A stretch of DNA of 64,000 bases from Candidatus Micrarchaeia archaeon. Lineage in GTDB: Archaea; Micrarchaeota; Micrarchaeia; CAILAH01. Positions 30,277 through 40,959 of this stretch are shown here, in pieces. Location of the stretch: contig JAVZCB010000003.1 of assembly GCA_038874595.1 (NCBI GenBank), positions 32,001 to 96,000 of the forward strand. Reading direction: 5' to 3'. The position numbers and the translations under genes are program-made. Under the pieces are notes generated by a model that searched no databases, was not told the origin of the DNA, and saw nothing but the letters and a program-made list of their open reading frames with translations. Each line of letters opens with the position of its first letter. Within the stretch, counting starts at the first letter, position 1.

Positions 30277-31371
30277 CCTAACTATGTTTCCGTTTTCAGG
30301 TACAGCAATCTCTTTTAGTCTATTTGGATTAAAATTAGTTGTTGGTTTATATTTTCTTATTAAATTTATTAGTTCTTTTTCATTCGAAAATGTTTTACAA
30401 AATTTTGCATAATCTTCAAGGATATCAAAAATGTACGTCTTTTTAGGTGCATATATAAAAACTTCTTTCCCAGCAAACATCGCTTCTAATATTACGTTTG
30501 ATCCTTCGCTGATTATAATATCATTTTCAGCCAACTGTTTTTGTAAATCAGAAGAGTTATCTATGATTATATTATTATTTTTAAAATTTTTATACAATGC
30601 TAAATCCTCTTCAGGATGTGGTCGTATAGTTATGTATACATCACACTGATTTGCAGTTTTGACTATGATATTAATAAATTCAAGCAATTGTTCCTTTTTC
30701 CAGTATCCAGCACCATACAAATTTGTAGTTGCTACAAGAATATGTATTCTTTCATTTAGCCTCCTAAGCGGTTTTTTAATAAAATTAAGTATAGGCCCTC
30801 CAGTTACATAGATATTTTCTTGGGGTATTCCTTTTGATACAAGGATATCCTTTGATTTTTTTCCCCACACGGCAATCTTATCCACGTTTCTGAAAAATTC
30901 CGGTTCTTCCTCTTTCTTTATTAAGTTTATTAATTTATACGCTGCTCGATCAAAAATATACCTTATTGAATACCTTCTAAATCCATCAATAATTTTTTTA
31001 AGCGTTATTTTTGCGCGATATTTTGCAGTTGATAAATTTAGGACCGGGCCTTCTGCTACCATAAGTGTAAGTATATTTTTTTCCTTTGCAATTCTCACAA
31101 ATCTGCTTTGAATTGGATCAGTGTCATTAAATACTATAACTAGCCTACAATTGTATTTAGACAATATGTCGTTTTCTTGACCAAGTTTATATTCTATGAG
31201 ATCCTCTTTTTTAATTTCTTTTTTTAGTAAAGAATTTCTTATCTCTTGAGACAACATTATGTCTTTTTCCTTACTTATATCTACAATTTTATAGGTAATT
31301 TTTTTGCCATTGATAATTTTTTTCGTGAGTTTTAAATTATATGAATTACCGGGAACAAACAAAACGCTCAT
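30235..31371 (-). CDS. GT-B protein, candidate nonulosonate (pseudaminyl) transferase
   Basis: AEG, VWG, VTG, RPHP and GSNVILEA motifs; located in the pse cluster. Confidence 0.55.
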   Translation of the reverse strand: MSVLFVPGNSYNLKLTKKIINGKKITYKIVDISKEKDIMLSQEIRNSLLKKEIKKEDLIEYKLGQENDILSKYNCRLVIVFNDTDPIQSRFVRIAKEKNILTLMVAEGPVLNLSTAKYRAKITLKKIIDGFRRYSIRYIFDRAAYKLINLIKKEEEPEFFRNVDKIAVWGKKSKDILVSKGIPQENIYVTGGPILNFIKKPLRRLNERIHILVATTNLYGAGYWKKEQLLEFINIIVKTANQCDVYITIRPHPEEDLALYKNFKNNNIIIDNSSDLQKQLAENDIIISEGSNVILEAMFAGKEVFIYAPKKTYIFDILEDYAKFCKTFSNEKELINLIRKYKPTTNFNPNRLKEIAVPENGNIVRLIKRLLKSRYPNI

Positions 31372-31380
31372 TTTAAAACC

Positions 31381-32004
31381 TCATTTTTTCATATAAATAA
31401 CCAAAGGATCACCTAATTTTGTCTCTAGAAATATATGATTACCGAATATCTTATAAGTAAGTGGAACTCTTAATATTGGTTTTATAGAGAAAGAAGAAAA
31501 ATGAAATTCGCTAATGAGTCGTGTCCACCTTTCAATAGGCATTCTGTTTTTGTTTAATCTCAGTATTTTTACAATGAGATTGGGTCTTGACCCGTTGGGT
31601 GTGGTTATAAGTGCTATTCCATTAGAGTTTAAATGTGTATAAATTGCAGAAATGATCTTTCTATAATTTTTTTTATCTATAAGCCCAAAAGTGCCAAAAG
31701 AATAAATAACATCAAATTTTGTTTTAAATGGAATCCCCTTTGTTATATCCCATTTTTTTATAATGGCTTTTTTGTTTAAGTTTTTTTGTGATTCCTTCAC
31801 AGCTATGCTCGACTTATCTATGCCATATAATTTACATCCCTTAAATAGAGATAATGTGTATCCAAAACCGCAACCGATATCAAGTATGTGCTTTTTTCTT
31901 AAGTTTAATAACCCATACTTATCTAGGAGTGATTTATGATATGTAATTGTGTATATTTTTTTCCTCTCATATTCTTTGATTGCTTCTTTCGTAAAGTAAT
32001 CCAT
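31381..32004 (-). CDS. Class I SAM-dependent methyltransferase
   Basis: ILDIGCGFG, GID, FDVI, ITTPN. Confidence 0.88.
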   Translation of the reverse strand: MDYFTKEAIKEYERKKIYTITYHKSLLDKYGLLNLRKKHILDIGCGFGYTLSLFKGCKLYGIDKSSIAVKESQKNLNKKAIIKKWDITKGIPFKTKFDVIYSFGTFGLIDKKNYRKIISAIYTHLNSNGIALITTPNGSRPNLIVKILRLNKNRMPIERWTRLISEFHFSSFSIKPILRVPLTYKIFGNHIFLETKLGDPLVIYMKK

Positions 32005-32012
32005 TCTAACAC

Positions 32013-32666
32013 CTATCTCTTTTTTATTATTCTTGCAGGTACACCTATCATAATAGACCGTGGGGGAACCTTACCTTTAACAACAGCATTTGCACCTATT
32101 ACGCTTCCATCTCCAATTATAGAACCTCTCAATATAGCGCAGTTATAACCCAACCACACATTATTGCCGATATAGGTAGGTGTTGTAACGAAGTTTTCTT
32201 CCTTCATAATTCTATCTTTGTAATTGTGATCAGTATCAGTTACAAACCCCCCTGCAATCAAACATTCATCACCTATCTCTATTTTCTTAAAGCAATTAAC
32301 CGCAAAAAACCTACCAATGTAACAATTTTTACCTATTTTTAAAACAGACCCATTTGCTGCGTTTAATCTAGCAAATTTTTCAATATGTGTTCCATCACCT
32401 ATAAATATTTTAGAGTTTTCTCTTGCCCATATTTCCAAATTGCCATCTAATCTAACGTTATCTCCAATATGAATTTCGGAATTTTGAAACACTCTTGCAT
32501 CGATATCTCCCTTTATTCTTACATTTTTTCCAAACGATTTGCATTTTCTTTTGAAGTTTAAATAATTAAACCACCATATTGGGTTAACAAGCCGTGAAAG
32601 TTCACTTAGAGAAAGTTCTACGATTTTAATAAAACCATATTTTTTCCAGAATTCTATAATCCGCAT
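32013..32666 (-). CDS. Hexapeptide-repeat sugar O-acyltransferase
   Basis: IGD/IGN hexapeptide repeats, DTDH, VWLG, GVPARII. Confidence 0.9.
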   Translation of the reverse strand: MRIIEFWKKYGFIKIVELSLSELSRLVNPIWWFNYLNFKRKCKSFGKNVRIKGDIDARVFQNSEIHIGDNVRLDGNLEIWARENSKIFIGDGTHIEKFARLNAANGSVLKIGKNCYIGRFFAVNCFKKIEIGDECLIAGGFVTDTDHNYKDRIMKEENFVTTPTYIGNNVWLGYNCAILRGSIIGDGSVIGANAVVKGKVPPRSIMIGVPARIIKKR

Positions 32667-32705
32667 ATTTGTAAGTTATATAGGTAACTTTATTTAATTT
32701 TTGTA

Positions 32706-32921
32706 CTATTCGGTATCACATGTGGTGGATTTATTAATAAAACTAAGTCGATATCCATTTGCAGCACCTATTTCTATCACCTTTTTTGGTTTTATATTAA
32801 TGATTTCAATAGCTTTCATTATAGGGTCATTGTCCTCAGTCCTAATAAAAAGCTTATCCTTGTTCCTAACGAACCAATTATCTGCTTCAGTACTTTTGAA
32901 TATATTATCTTGCGCTGCCAT
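32706..32921 (-). pseudogene. Truncated SAM-methyltransferase (N-terminal fragment)
   Basis: EADNWFVRN..KVIEIGAANGYRL (motif I), then a stop after 71 aa. Confidence 0.65.
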
Positions 32922-32984
32922 ATATAACTATCAAACTAAACAATTAAATGATTTATAAGCAAAAAAGAAGCAGTGTTGGTTCAT

Positions 32985-33977
32985 ATGAAAGAAGAGGAAA
33001 TTCGACCACAAACGCTAATGTATGAGGATGAAATTCTTCATAGAATAGATGTAAGTGAAATGTTAAAATGGAAGAATGCATTTGTTAAGATATCCTGTCC
33101 GGCGTGCGAATCTTTGGATCATAAACTAATGTTTGAAAAAGAAGGTTTTTCTTTTGTTAGATGTGTTATGTGCAATACTTTATTTATAAATCCAAGACCC
33201 ACTTTTAAAATGCTCTCTGATTTTTACTCAAATTCAAAAAGTATTAAGCATTGGAATGATAAAATATTTCCCTCCTCAGAAGAAGTTCGACGAGCTAAGA
33301 TATTTTTGCCTCGTGCTGAGAAAGTGAAAGAAATCTACTTAAAATACAAAGGCAGATCGGGCGGCACTCTTCTTGATGTAGGTGCGGGGTTTGGGACTTT
33401 TTGTGAGGAAGTTAAAAAGACAGGAGCATTTGACAAAGTAATCGCCGTAGAACCCTCACCAAGTTTGGCGGAAACTTGTAGGCGCAAGGGTCTTAATGTT
33501 ATTGAGAAACCAATAGAAGAAGTTGAAATGAGTGATGTGGATCTTATAACTAATTTTGAGCTTATAGAGCATTTGTACTGGCCAAAAGATTTTGTAATTT
33601 CGTGTGCCAAGATGCTTCCAAAAAATGGTTTGTTTGTTTTAACAACTCCTAATATAGAGGGTTTTGATTTAGTTATGTTGGGGCCATTATCTGATAATAT
33701 TGTAGGTCCTAATCACTTAAATTACTTTAATCCATATTCTCTGACGCAGCTTTTGCAGAGATGTGGATTTGAAGTACTTGAAATTACTACTCCTGGTAAA
33801 TTAGATGCAGAAATTGTTAGAAAGAAAGTATTAGATGGCAAATATGATATTTCAAGCTGTCCTTTTCTTAAGGAGATACTTATAGATAGATGGGAAAGTG
33901 TAGGTATAAATTTCCAAAAGTTTTTGGTAGAAAACAAACTTTCATCGCATATGTGGGTTGTAGCTAGAAAAATATAG
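32985..33977 (+). CDS. Class I SAM-methyltransferase with N-terminal Zn-ribbon
   Basis: CPAC..CVMC, INPRP, LDVGAGFG, ELIEH, PNHLNYF. Confidence 0.88.
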   Translation: MKEEEIRPQTLMYEDEILHRIDVSEMLKWKNAFVKISCPACESLDHKLMFEKEGFSFVRCVMCNTLFINPRPTFKMLSDFYSNSKSIKHWNDKIFPSSEEVRRAKIFLPRAEKVKEIYLKYKGRSGGTLLDVGAGFGTFCEEVKKTGAFDKVIAVEPSPSLAETCRRKGLNVIEKPIEEVEMSDVDLITNFELIEHLYWPKDFVISCAKMLPKNGLFVLTTPNIEGFDLVMLGPLSDNIVGPNHLNYFNPYSLTQLLQRCGFEVLEITTPGKLDAEIVRKKVLDGKYDISSCPFLKEILIDRWESVGINFQKFLVENKLSSHMWVVARKI

Positions 33978-33985
33978 GTGATTAT

Positions 33986-35293
33986 ATGTCCAAAGGAACT
34001 GAATTATGGAAACGTGCAAAAAAAATAATTCCAGGTGGAAGTCAGCTACTATCAAAACGTTCTGAGATGTTTCTCCCTGAATTATGGCCCTCTTACTATT
34101 CTAAAGCAAAAGGAATAGATATCTGGGATTTGGATGGCAAAAAATATGCTGACATGTGCATAATGGGGATAGGCTCATGTATTTTAGGGTATGCAGATGA
34201 TGATGTTAATGAAGCAGTTAAAGCTAGGGTAGATACTGCTAATATGACCACATTCAATTGTCCTGAAGAAGTTGAGCTTGCAGAAAAGCTTATTTCTTTG
34301 AATTCATGGGCAGGAAAAGTAAGGTATGCAAGAACTGGTGGAGAAGCAATGGCTATTGCAGTGCGGATTGCCAGAGCTTTTTCAAAAAAGGATAAAGTGG
34401 CATTTTGTGGTTATCATGGATGGCATGACTGGTATCTTGCCACCAATATTGAAAATCCTAACGGCTTAAACGAGCATTTATTAAAAGGTCTTAGTCCATC
34501 AGGAGTTCCAAAAGTATTGTGTGGTACAGCATTACCTTTTCATTATAATCACATAGAGGAATTGGAAACAATCGCAGAAAAAAACGATATTGGAGCAATC
34601 GTGATGGAACCAATACGTTCACAACAACCAAAAGAGGATTTTCTCAAGAAAGTGAGGAAGATCGCAGATGAACATAATGCAGTACTTGTATTTGATGAGG
34701 TTACTTCTGCTTGGAGATTAACTTTAGGTGGTATGTATAAAAAGTTTGGAGTTACACCAGATATAGTTGTATTTGGAAAGGCGATGAGTAATGGATATCC
34801 TATGGCGGCAGTCGTTGGTAAAAATGAGGTAATGGATGTTGCCCAAGATAGTTTTATTAGCAGTACTTATTGGACAGAAGGTATAGGACCAACAGCCGCT
34901 CTTGCTACTATAGATAAATTACAAAGAAAAAATGTACCTTCACATATAGAAAGAATAGGTAATTATATGTTAGACTTATGGGAGAAGCTAGGTAGAGAAA
35001 ATGAAGTTAAAATACATGTTGATAGCGGTTTTCCAGGGATAGGCCATTTTGATTTTGAATATGAAAATAAGCAAGCAATTGCTACTTTGTTTACGCAGGA
35101 AATGCTTGCAAGAGGATATTTGGCATCTCGTGGTTTCTATGTGTCTTATTCCCACACGGAAGAAAGCCTGAATAAATATCATGAGACGGCATCTGAGGTT
35201 TTTAAAATTATAAGTAATGCGATAGCTGAGAACAAAGTTGAAAAATCTCTTAAAGGGTCGATAGCACACTCCGGATTTCAAAGGCTTACTTAA
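33986..35293 (+). CDS. Class III PLP aminotransferase (GSA-aminomutase-like, glycan-cluster type)
   Basis: IPGG, RTGGEA, GYHGWHDW, FDEV, FGKAMSNGYP. Confidence 0.88.
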   Translation: MSKGTELWKRAKKIIPGGSQLLSKRSEMFLPELWPSYYSKAKGIDIWDLDGKKYADMCIMGIGSCILGYADDDVNEAVKARVDTANMTTFNCPEEVELAEKLISLNSWAGKVRYARTGGEAMAIAVRIARAFSKKDKVAFCGYHGWHDWYLATNIENPNGLNEHLLKGLSPSGVPKVLCGTALPFHYNHIEELETIAEKNDIGAIVMEPIRSQQPKEDFLKKVRKIADEHNAVLVFDEVTSAWRLTLGGMYKKFGVTPDIVVFGKAMSNGYPMAAVVGKNEVMDVAQDSFISSTYWTEGIGPTAALATIDKLQRKNVPSHIERIGNYMLDLWEKLGRENEVKIHVDSGFPGIGHFDFEYENKQAIATLFTQEMLARGYLASRGFYVSYSHTEESLNKYHETASEVFKIISNAIAENKVEKSLKGSIAHSGFQRLT

Positions 35294-36047
35294 CCTTCTT
35301 ATCTTCCTTTAATGATTTTAAGTATCCTTCGTTTATCAATCTCCCTTTTACGATATCTGTCAATTGTGGTTTTTCTTCTAACAGTTGAATTACATCTCTA
35401 TATGTAAATTTGTGATCCAACCCTCTTTTATACATTTCTCTATAAATTCTTCTAGCAAAAATTAAGTCTTCCTTTCTATCTACACTACACTGCAAGTTTT
35501 CAAATCTAGGGTCATTTTTTCTATAAAATACTCTAAACTTTCCACTGTCTCGCATATAGGGAGTAACATGTTCTCTTTGCGATTTCATATCTGCACGTTT
35601 CCAGCTTTCTTCAAGAATTCTGAACGAAAATACCTCAACATCAAACCCATCCATCCAGGGAGGTTTTACGTTAGCAACATAATCATAATTGCCTTTTTTA
35701 AAAATATCTATCATTTCATCAACGAGTATAGGATCATTAAGAGGTGAATCTCCCGTAACTCTAATTATAATATCCAAATTATGCTCCTTTGCAGCACAGT
35801 AATATCTATCTAGCACGTCCTCCTCATTTCCTCTGTAGCAAGGCACATTTTCTTTCTTGCATAAATTTACTATTGGATTATCTTTTTTACTAGTTGTTGT
35901 TGCAACTATGATTACATTTGCGTTTTTTGAATGTTTCATCCTCTCTATAACATGCCAAATCAATGGTTTCCCACAGATTTTCATCATAGATTTTCCAGGA
36001 AGACGAGTGGATCCCATTCTAGCTTGAATTATTATTCCTATTTTCAT
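35286..36047 (-). CDS. spsF: SpsF-type acylneuraminate cytidylyltransferase (PseF role)
   Basis: IQARMGSTRLPGK, DVLDRY, RVTGDSP, REHVTPY. Confidence 0.88.
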   Translation of the reverse strand: MKIGIIIQARMGSTRLPGKSMMKICGKPLIWHVIERMKHSKNANVIIVATTTSKKDNPIVNLCKKENVPCYRGNEEDVLDRYYCAAKEHNLDIIIRVTGDSPLNDPILVDEMIDIFKKGNYDYVANVKPPWMDGFDVEVFSFRILEESWKRADMKSQREHVTPYMRDSGKFRVFYRKNDPRFENLQCSVDRKEDLIFARRIYREMYKRGLDHKFTYRDVIQLLEEKPQLTDIVKGRLINEGYLKSLKEDKKVK

Positions 36048-37012
36048 ACTTCACACATCTCCCTTGCTTTTAGTGCAATTTTAAGGACGTGCTTTGCTTC
36101 ATCAATTGTTGAAATATTATTTTCCATTTTATTCAGGCAACAATCTATGAAATACTTTATTTCTTCCACATACATCTCATCTATCATCTCATTGATTTTT
36201 TCTTCTTTCCAATTTTTTTTATTGCAATCATATATTCGTATAGTTCCTTCCAAAAGATCACAATAGATTGTTCCACTCTCACAAACGATCTCACAATACC
36301 TTTTCTTATCTCTTCTTACAAAATCAAGATGAATATTAACAAGTGCACCTTTATCATTTTTTAGCAACATTTCTACAGTATCCTCAACATTTATCTCTAA
36401 ATTGCTTAGCTTACCACACGCAGAAGATATTAATTCCAGTTTACCAAACAGCCAATTTGCGTAATCTATTTCGTGTGAAGCATCTAATATTATTCCGCCA
36501 CCCATTTCTTTTATTGCACTATAACTTTTTCTATAATCTTGCCATGGTCTCCAATCAGGAAGATATTGCCCAAACAGAATTTTTGCATATATCATCTTTC
36601 CCAAGATACCACTATCCAAAACTTCTTTTACTCTTTTTAGACTTCTACTAAACCTCCAATTATATCCAACCATTGTTTTTACATTATTCTTTTTTGCGAT
36701 CTCTTTTAGTTCATCGATCTCATCCAGTTTATTAGAGACCGGTTTTTCAATAAACAAATGAACTTTTTTGAGAGCAAGTTTTTTTCCTAGCTCAACATGA
36801 GAGGAGGGAGGTGTACATATTAGGGCGATATCAGGAACCATTTTTTGCATTGCAATATCTATATCTTCATAAGTTTTTACTTTGAATTCTTTTTCAACAT
36901 ATTCTCTGTACTCTTGAAAAGGGTCAATCCCTATAGGTGAATACCCTAATGATATTAGGTTTTTAATATGCCTTCTTCCTATAGAACCACAACCGATCAC
37001 AAAGATATTCAT
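36044..37012 (-). CDS. Gfo/Idh/MocA oxidoreductase
   Basis: IGCGSIGRRH, IEKP, YLPDWRP, GGG..LD.SHEID. Confidence 0.9.
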   Translation of the reverse strand: MNIFVIGCGSIGRRHIKNLISLGYSPIGIDPFQEYREYVEKEFKVKTYEDIDIAMQKMVPDIALICTPPSSHVELGKKLALKKVHLFIEKPVSNKLDEIDELKEIAKKNNVKTMVGYNWRFSRSLKRVKEVLDSGILGKMIYAKILFGQYLPDWRPWQDYRKSYSAIKEMGGGIILDASHEIDYANWLFGKLELISSACGKLSNLEINVEDTVEMLLKNDKGALVNIHLDFVRRDKKRYCEIVCESGTIYCDLLEGTIRIYDCNKKNWKEEKINEMIDEMYVEEIKYFIDCCLNKMENNISTIDEAKHVLKIALKAREMCEV

Positions 37013-37830
37013 ATTAGTATCCCTCTTCTCCTATTAGCACATATTCTTAAATTATCCATAAGCATTGCAACGGTTAGAGGGCCAACACCCCCAGGTACTG
37101 GTGTTATATTTGCGATTTCTTTTATCTCATTAAAATCGCAATCCCCAACAAGTTCTCCATTTACCCTGTTAATTCCAACGTCTATAACGGTTGCGTTTGG
37201 CTTTACCATATTTTTTGTAATGAGATTCTCTTTTCCTACCGCAACGACCAAAATATCGGCATTTCTGGTAAATCCATCAAGATTTTTTGTATGACTATGA
37301 CACACAGTTACGGTGGCATTTTCATTTAGCAAGAGATAAGATATAGGCCTGCCAACAATATAACTTCTTCCTACAATAACTGCATTTTTCCCTTTTATCC
37401 CAATACCATAATATTTGAGCAAGTACATGATGCTCTTAGGGGTTGCAGGTATAATTTCGGGTTTATTAAGGAATAACCTGCCCATATTTTGTGGAGTAAG
37501 CCCATCAACATCTTTGTCTGGATTAATACTTGATAGGACGTTGATAGTGTTAACATGGCTTGGTAGCGGTAACTGCACGACAATTCCATCAACATCGTCA
37601 TTCTTATTTAATTTTTCAATTTCTGATATAATCTCCTTCTCTGTGCTTTGTTCATCCATTTTAATGAGTGTTCCTTCTCCTCCAAGTTTTTTTACGGTCT
37701 CAAGTTTTCTTTTTACGTAAATCTCGGACGAGGTGTCATTACCAACAAGTACGATTGATAGATGCTCCCCATTATGAAATCTGATTTCTCTCAGCACTTC
37801 TTGTGCCAAATTATTGCCATATAATATCAT
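37009..37830 (-). CDS. folD: Methylenetetrahydrofolate dehydrogenase/cyclohydrolase
   Basis: YVKRK, GIVVQLPLP, KDVDG, PATP, GRS.IVG.P, TPVPGGVGPLT. Confidence 0.95.
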   Translation of the reverse strand: MILYGNNLAQEVLREIRFHNGEHLSIVLVGNDTSSEIYVKRKLETVKKLGGEGTLIKMDEQSTEKEIISEIEKLNKNDDVDGIVVQLPLPSHVNTINVLSSINPDKDVDGLTPQNMGRLFLNKPEIIPATPKSIMYLLKYYGIGIKGKNAVIVGRSYIVGRPISYLLLNENATVTVCHSHTKNLDGFTRNADILVVAVGKENLITKNMVKPNATVIDVGINRVNGELVGDCDFNEIKEIANITPVPGGVGPLTVAMLMDNLRICANRRRGILI

Positions 37831-37882
37831 TGCAAATAATAGGGTTTTAAGGTATTTTAATTTATCTAAACAAATCTATTTT

Positions 37883-38113
37883 ATGAGAGTACTTGTTATT
37901 GCTGCTCATCCTGATGATGAAGTTTTGGGGGTAGGAGGGACAATTGCAAAACATGTGCACGATAGAGATATAGTAAAAGTGTTAATCCTTGGTAGGGGGG
38001 TTGCTTCAAGATACACATCTGTAAGCAAGAATGTAAAAAACGAGATTAAAAATTTAAGACAATGCTCAAAGAATGCATTTATATGTTAGGGTAAATGATA
38101 TAATTTTAGAATA
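37883..38113 (+). pseudogene. Decayed PIG-L/LmbE-family deacetylase
   Basis: VIAAHPDDEVLG.GGT motif; stop at 38089; apparent frameshifted continuation LGVNDIILE, then stop. Confidence 0.7.
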
Positions 38114-38251
38114 AAGATTATCCCCTAACGGTGTATTAACAAATGTTTATTATGATGGGATTTAATTTTATTTAATACTCTAGTGGCGATGTCTTTGCTT
38201 GTAATACCATATGTATTTAATACAATGAATGTATTTAGCTTATTAATCGCT

Positions 38252-38782
38252 TCACTCAACAGTATATCCTTCAATAATGTCGAGTGCTTTTTTAATTGCT
38301 GTAGCATAAAGAGGATAAAGTTTATTGTATACTTCAGTTTCTGTGTGGCACTCAGATACATCTTCGAAAAGTTCAATTATTACCTCACCAGAATCAATTT
38401 TACTTGTCATATAATGTACTCCTACAGAAGCACGTGATTCATTATCCTTTAGAAGTCTTGCGATTGGTTTTGCACCCTTGTATTTGTAAAGACAAGGATG
38501 AACGTTTATACCTCCAAGGCGTAGAAGTGATAGAATTTGATCATTTATAATTTTTCTTCCATGAGCACAAACAAACAAATCTGCTTTGAGTTTTTCTAAC
38601 TTTGATAGAAAAGTATTATTCTCAATCTCAGTTGGTAATATAGTTAGCAATCCAAAAGCTGTTGCTACTCTGTTAACAATTTCATCTTGGGCTATAACCA
38701 TTGCAATTTTATCGCCTCTTGCCATTATAGAAAGTAAACATATAACTCCAGCTTGCTTACCCCCATAGAAGACTATTTTCAT
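38252..38782 (-). CDS. Sugar N-formyltransferase (Fmt N-terminal fold)
   Basis: INVHPCLYKYKGAKP, GVHYM..IDSG motifs; directly downstream of pseI. Confidence 0.85.
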   Translation of the reverse strand: MKIVFYGGKQAGVICLLSIMARGDKIAMVIAQDEIVNRVATAFGLLTILPTEIENNTFLSKLEKLKADLFVCAHGRKIINDQILSLLRLGGINVHPCLYKYKGAKPIARLLKDNESRASVGVHYMTSKIDSGEVIIELFEDVSECHTETEVYNKLYPLYATAIKKALDIIEGYTVE

Positions 38783-38795
38783 AAAATACCTCCTT

Positions 38796-39839
38796 TTATT
38801 TTATATGTTTCAATTTTAAAGGCATACCGTAAGGTAGATCTATCACTGCTCTTTTTCCAAGTGATTTTAAATAATACTTTGGGTGTAATCCATAACCTGG
38901 TCGAATAACTTTTATGTTATTTCTTGTGAATTTTTCACCTTTTTTTATAGGTTTTGTTGTGAATATTGACCGCCTAAAAAACAAGTGTTTTTTAATTCCA
39001 CTGCTTAATTTGTATGTTACATCCCCAATCACCTGCTCAGCATCTCTCACATTCTTAACCATATTCTTAAACTCATGCGGCTCAAGCGAGAACTTGGCAT
39101 CAGGCCCACCATCGCTTCTCCTTAATATGAAATGCTTCTCAATTATTTTTGCGCCCAGCGCAACCGCAACAACAGGTGCAACTATGCCCATACTATGGTC
39201 AGAAAGCCCAGGTATAACCTTAAACCTATTTCTCATATCAGCTATCGTTTTTAGGTTCATCTCATTTAGCGGTGCAGGGTATGCACTAGTACATTTAAGT
39301 AGTGCTATCTGATTATTGCCTTCGCCTCTTATCGTCTTGAGTGCCAATTTGATATCCTCCAGTTCCGCCACCCCTGTAGATAAAATAACCGGCTTTTTCT
39401 TCTTTGCAATATACCTAATCAAAGGTATATGATTAATCTCAAATGAAGCAATTTTGTACACAGGCACTTTGAGCTTTTCAAGGAAATCAACTGCAGTTTC
39501 ATCAAACGGTGTTGAAAAGAAAACTAATCCTTCTTCTTTTGCTTTATCCTTTAATTGCGGAAACCAGTCCCAAGGAGTATACGCCTCCTTATATAAGTCA
39601 TAAAGTGTTTTTCCTTCCCAGATGGTTCCCTTTATCCTGAAGTAATCATTATCACATTTTATAGTCATTGTATCCGGAGTGTATGTTTGGAATTTAACAG
39701 CATCAGCCCCTGCTTTTTTTGCCTCTTCTATCAGCTTGAGGGCATACGTTTTTTTCTGCAAATGGTTGCATGATATCTCAGCAACAGTAAATACTGGCTC
39801 ACCATCACCAACCCATCTATTACCTATTTTTATTTTCAT
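38796..39839 (-). CDS. pseI: Pseudaminic acid synthase
   Basis: AEISCNH, KFQTYTPDT, KIASFE, KCTSAYPAP, GLSDH, IEKH, C-terminal SAF domain. Confidence 0.9.
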   Translation of the reverse strand: MKIKIGNRWVGDGEPVFTVAEISCNHLQKKTYALKLIEEAKKAGADAVKFQTYTPDTMTIKCDNDYFRIKGTIWEGKTLYDLYKEAYTPWDWFPQLKDKAKEEGLVFFSTPFDETAVDFLEKLKVPVYKIASFEINHIPLIRYIAKKKKPVILSTGVAELEDIKLALKTIRGEGNNQIALLKCTSAYPAPLNEMNLKTIADMRNRFKVIPGLSDHSMGIVAPVVAVALGAKIIEKHFILRRSDGGPDAKFSLEPHEFKNMVKNVRDAEQVIGDVTYKLSSGIKKHLFFRRSIFTTKPIKKGEKFTRNNIKVIRPGYGLHPKYYLKSLGKRAVIDLPYGMPLKLKHIK

Positions 39840-39840
39840 G

Positions 39841-40959
39841 CTAACCCCCAATAATTTCCTTTATGGAACCAACAACCTTCTCCAATTCTTCATCTTTAAG
39901 TGTTGGGTAAATTGGCAAACTGATTATTTTTGATGATATCTCTTCCACGTTTGGCAACCGTATCCCCCCAAACACTTGCTTGTAATACGTGAACTTATAA
40001 ACAGGAATGTAATGCACATTTACTCCAATACCTCTATTTCTCATCTCACCAAAAAACCTATCCCTCTCAATTGATTTTACCAAGATGGTATAGAGATGCC
40101 ATGCGTGCCTAACATTTTTCTTAATGTAAGGTGTCTTTATACCTTGGATACCGTCAAGCATTTTCGTATATTTATTTGCAATCTCAGTTCTCCTTTCAAT
40201 GAACCTATCGATTTTCATTATCTGTGAAATCCCGAGCGCACACTGAAAATCAGTTATCCTATAATTCCTTCCAAGAATTTTCATATCATACCTGTAATCT
40301 GCCCTCTCTGAAGGCGTCTTATCTATCCCGTGATTTCTTAGCAATTTCATTTTTTGGTATAATTTTTCATCATTTGTTGTAACAGCTCCTCCCTCTCCAG
40401 TTGTGATAATCTTTACCGGGTGAAAACTAAACGCCGTAATATCAGCAATGCCTCCAATCTTTTTACCTTTATATTCCGCACCTAAAGAATGTGCCGCGTC
40501 TTCGATTAAGTATAAATTATGCTTTTCAGCAATCTCTTTGAGCTCATCAAGATCACACGGCTGGCCAGCATAATCAACACATATTATTGCTTTCGTTTTG
40601 CTTGTTATTCTTTTTCTTACATCTTCAGGATCTATATTATATGTTTGTGGGTTAATATCAGCAAACACAGGTTTGCAATTGTTGTATAGAATACAATTAG
40701 CAGATGCGGCGAACGTAAAAGGAGTTGTAATAATCTCACTCCCAGGGGGCAATCCCAAAGATGCAACAGCAATATCAAGCGCGCTTGTCCCAGAGTTGAC
40801 CGCGACACAAAACTTTGAGTTTACATATTCACAAATTTTCTGCTCAAATTCCCTTACTCTAGGCCCTGTTGTAAGGTACTCATCTGTAAGCGCAGTACCT
40901 ACCGTACTAACATCATCTTTCTCAATTGTTTGTTTCCCATAAGGTATCATTAAAGCCAT
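39841..40959 (-). CDS. pseC: UDP-4-amino-4,6-dideoxy-AltNAc transaminase
   Basis: IPYGKQ, EDAAHSLG, FSFHPVKIITTGEGG, VNVHYIP. Confidence 0.9.
   Translation of the reverse strand: MALMIPYGKQTIEKDDVSTVGTALTDEYLTTGPRVREFEQKICEYVNSKFCVAVNSGTSALDIAVASLGLPPGSEIITTPFTFAASANCILYNNCKPVFADINPQTYNIDPEDVRKRITSKTKAIICVDYAGQPCDLDELKEIAEKHNLYLIEDAAHSLGAEYKGKKIGGIADITAFSFHPVKIITTGEGGAVTTNDEKLYQKMKLLRNHGIDKTPSERADYRYDMKILGRNYRITDFQCALGISQIMKIDRFIERRTEIANKYTKMLDGIQGIKTPYIKKNVRHAWHLYTILVKSIERDRFFGEMRNRGIGVNVHYIPVYKFTYYKQVFGGIRLPNVEEISSKIISLPIYPTLKDEELEKVVGSIKEIIGG

Noticed and set aside
33986-35293. hemL (tetrapyrrole synthesis)
   Set aside because: The GYHGWHDW variant and glycan-cluster context without other hem genes point to a glycan-modifying aminotransferase
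38252-38782. Methionyl-tRNA formyltransferase (fmt)
   Set aside because: It lacks the C-terminal tRNA-binding domain, archaea do not formylate initiator tRNA, and it lies in the pse operon
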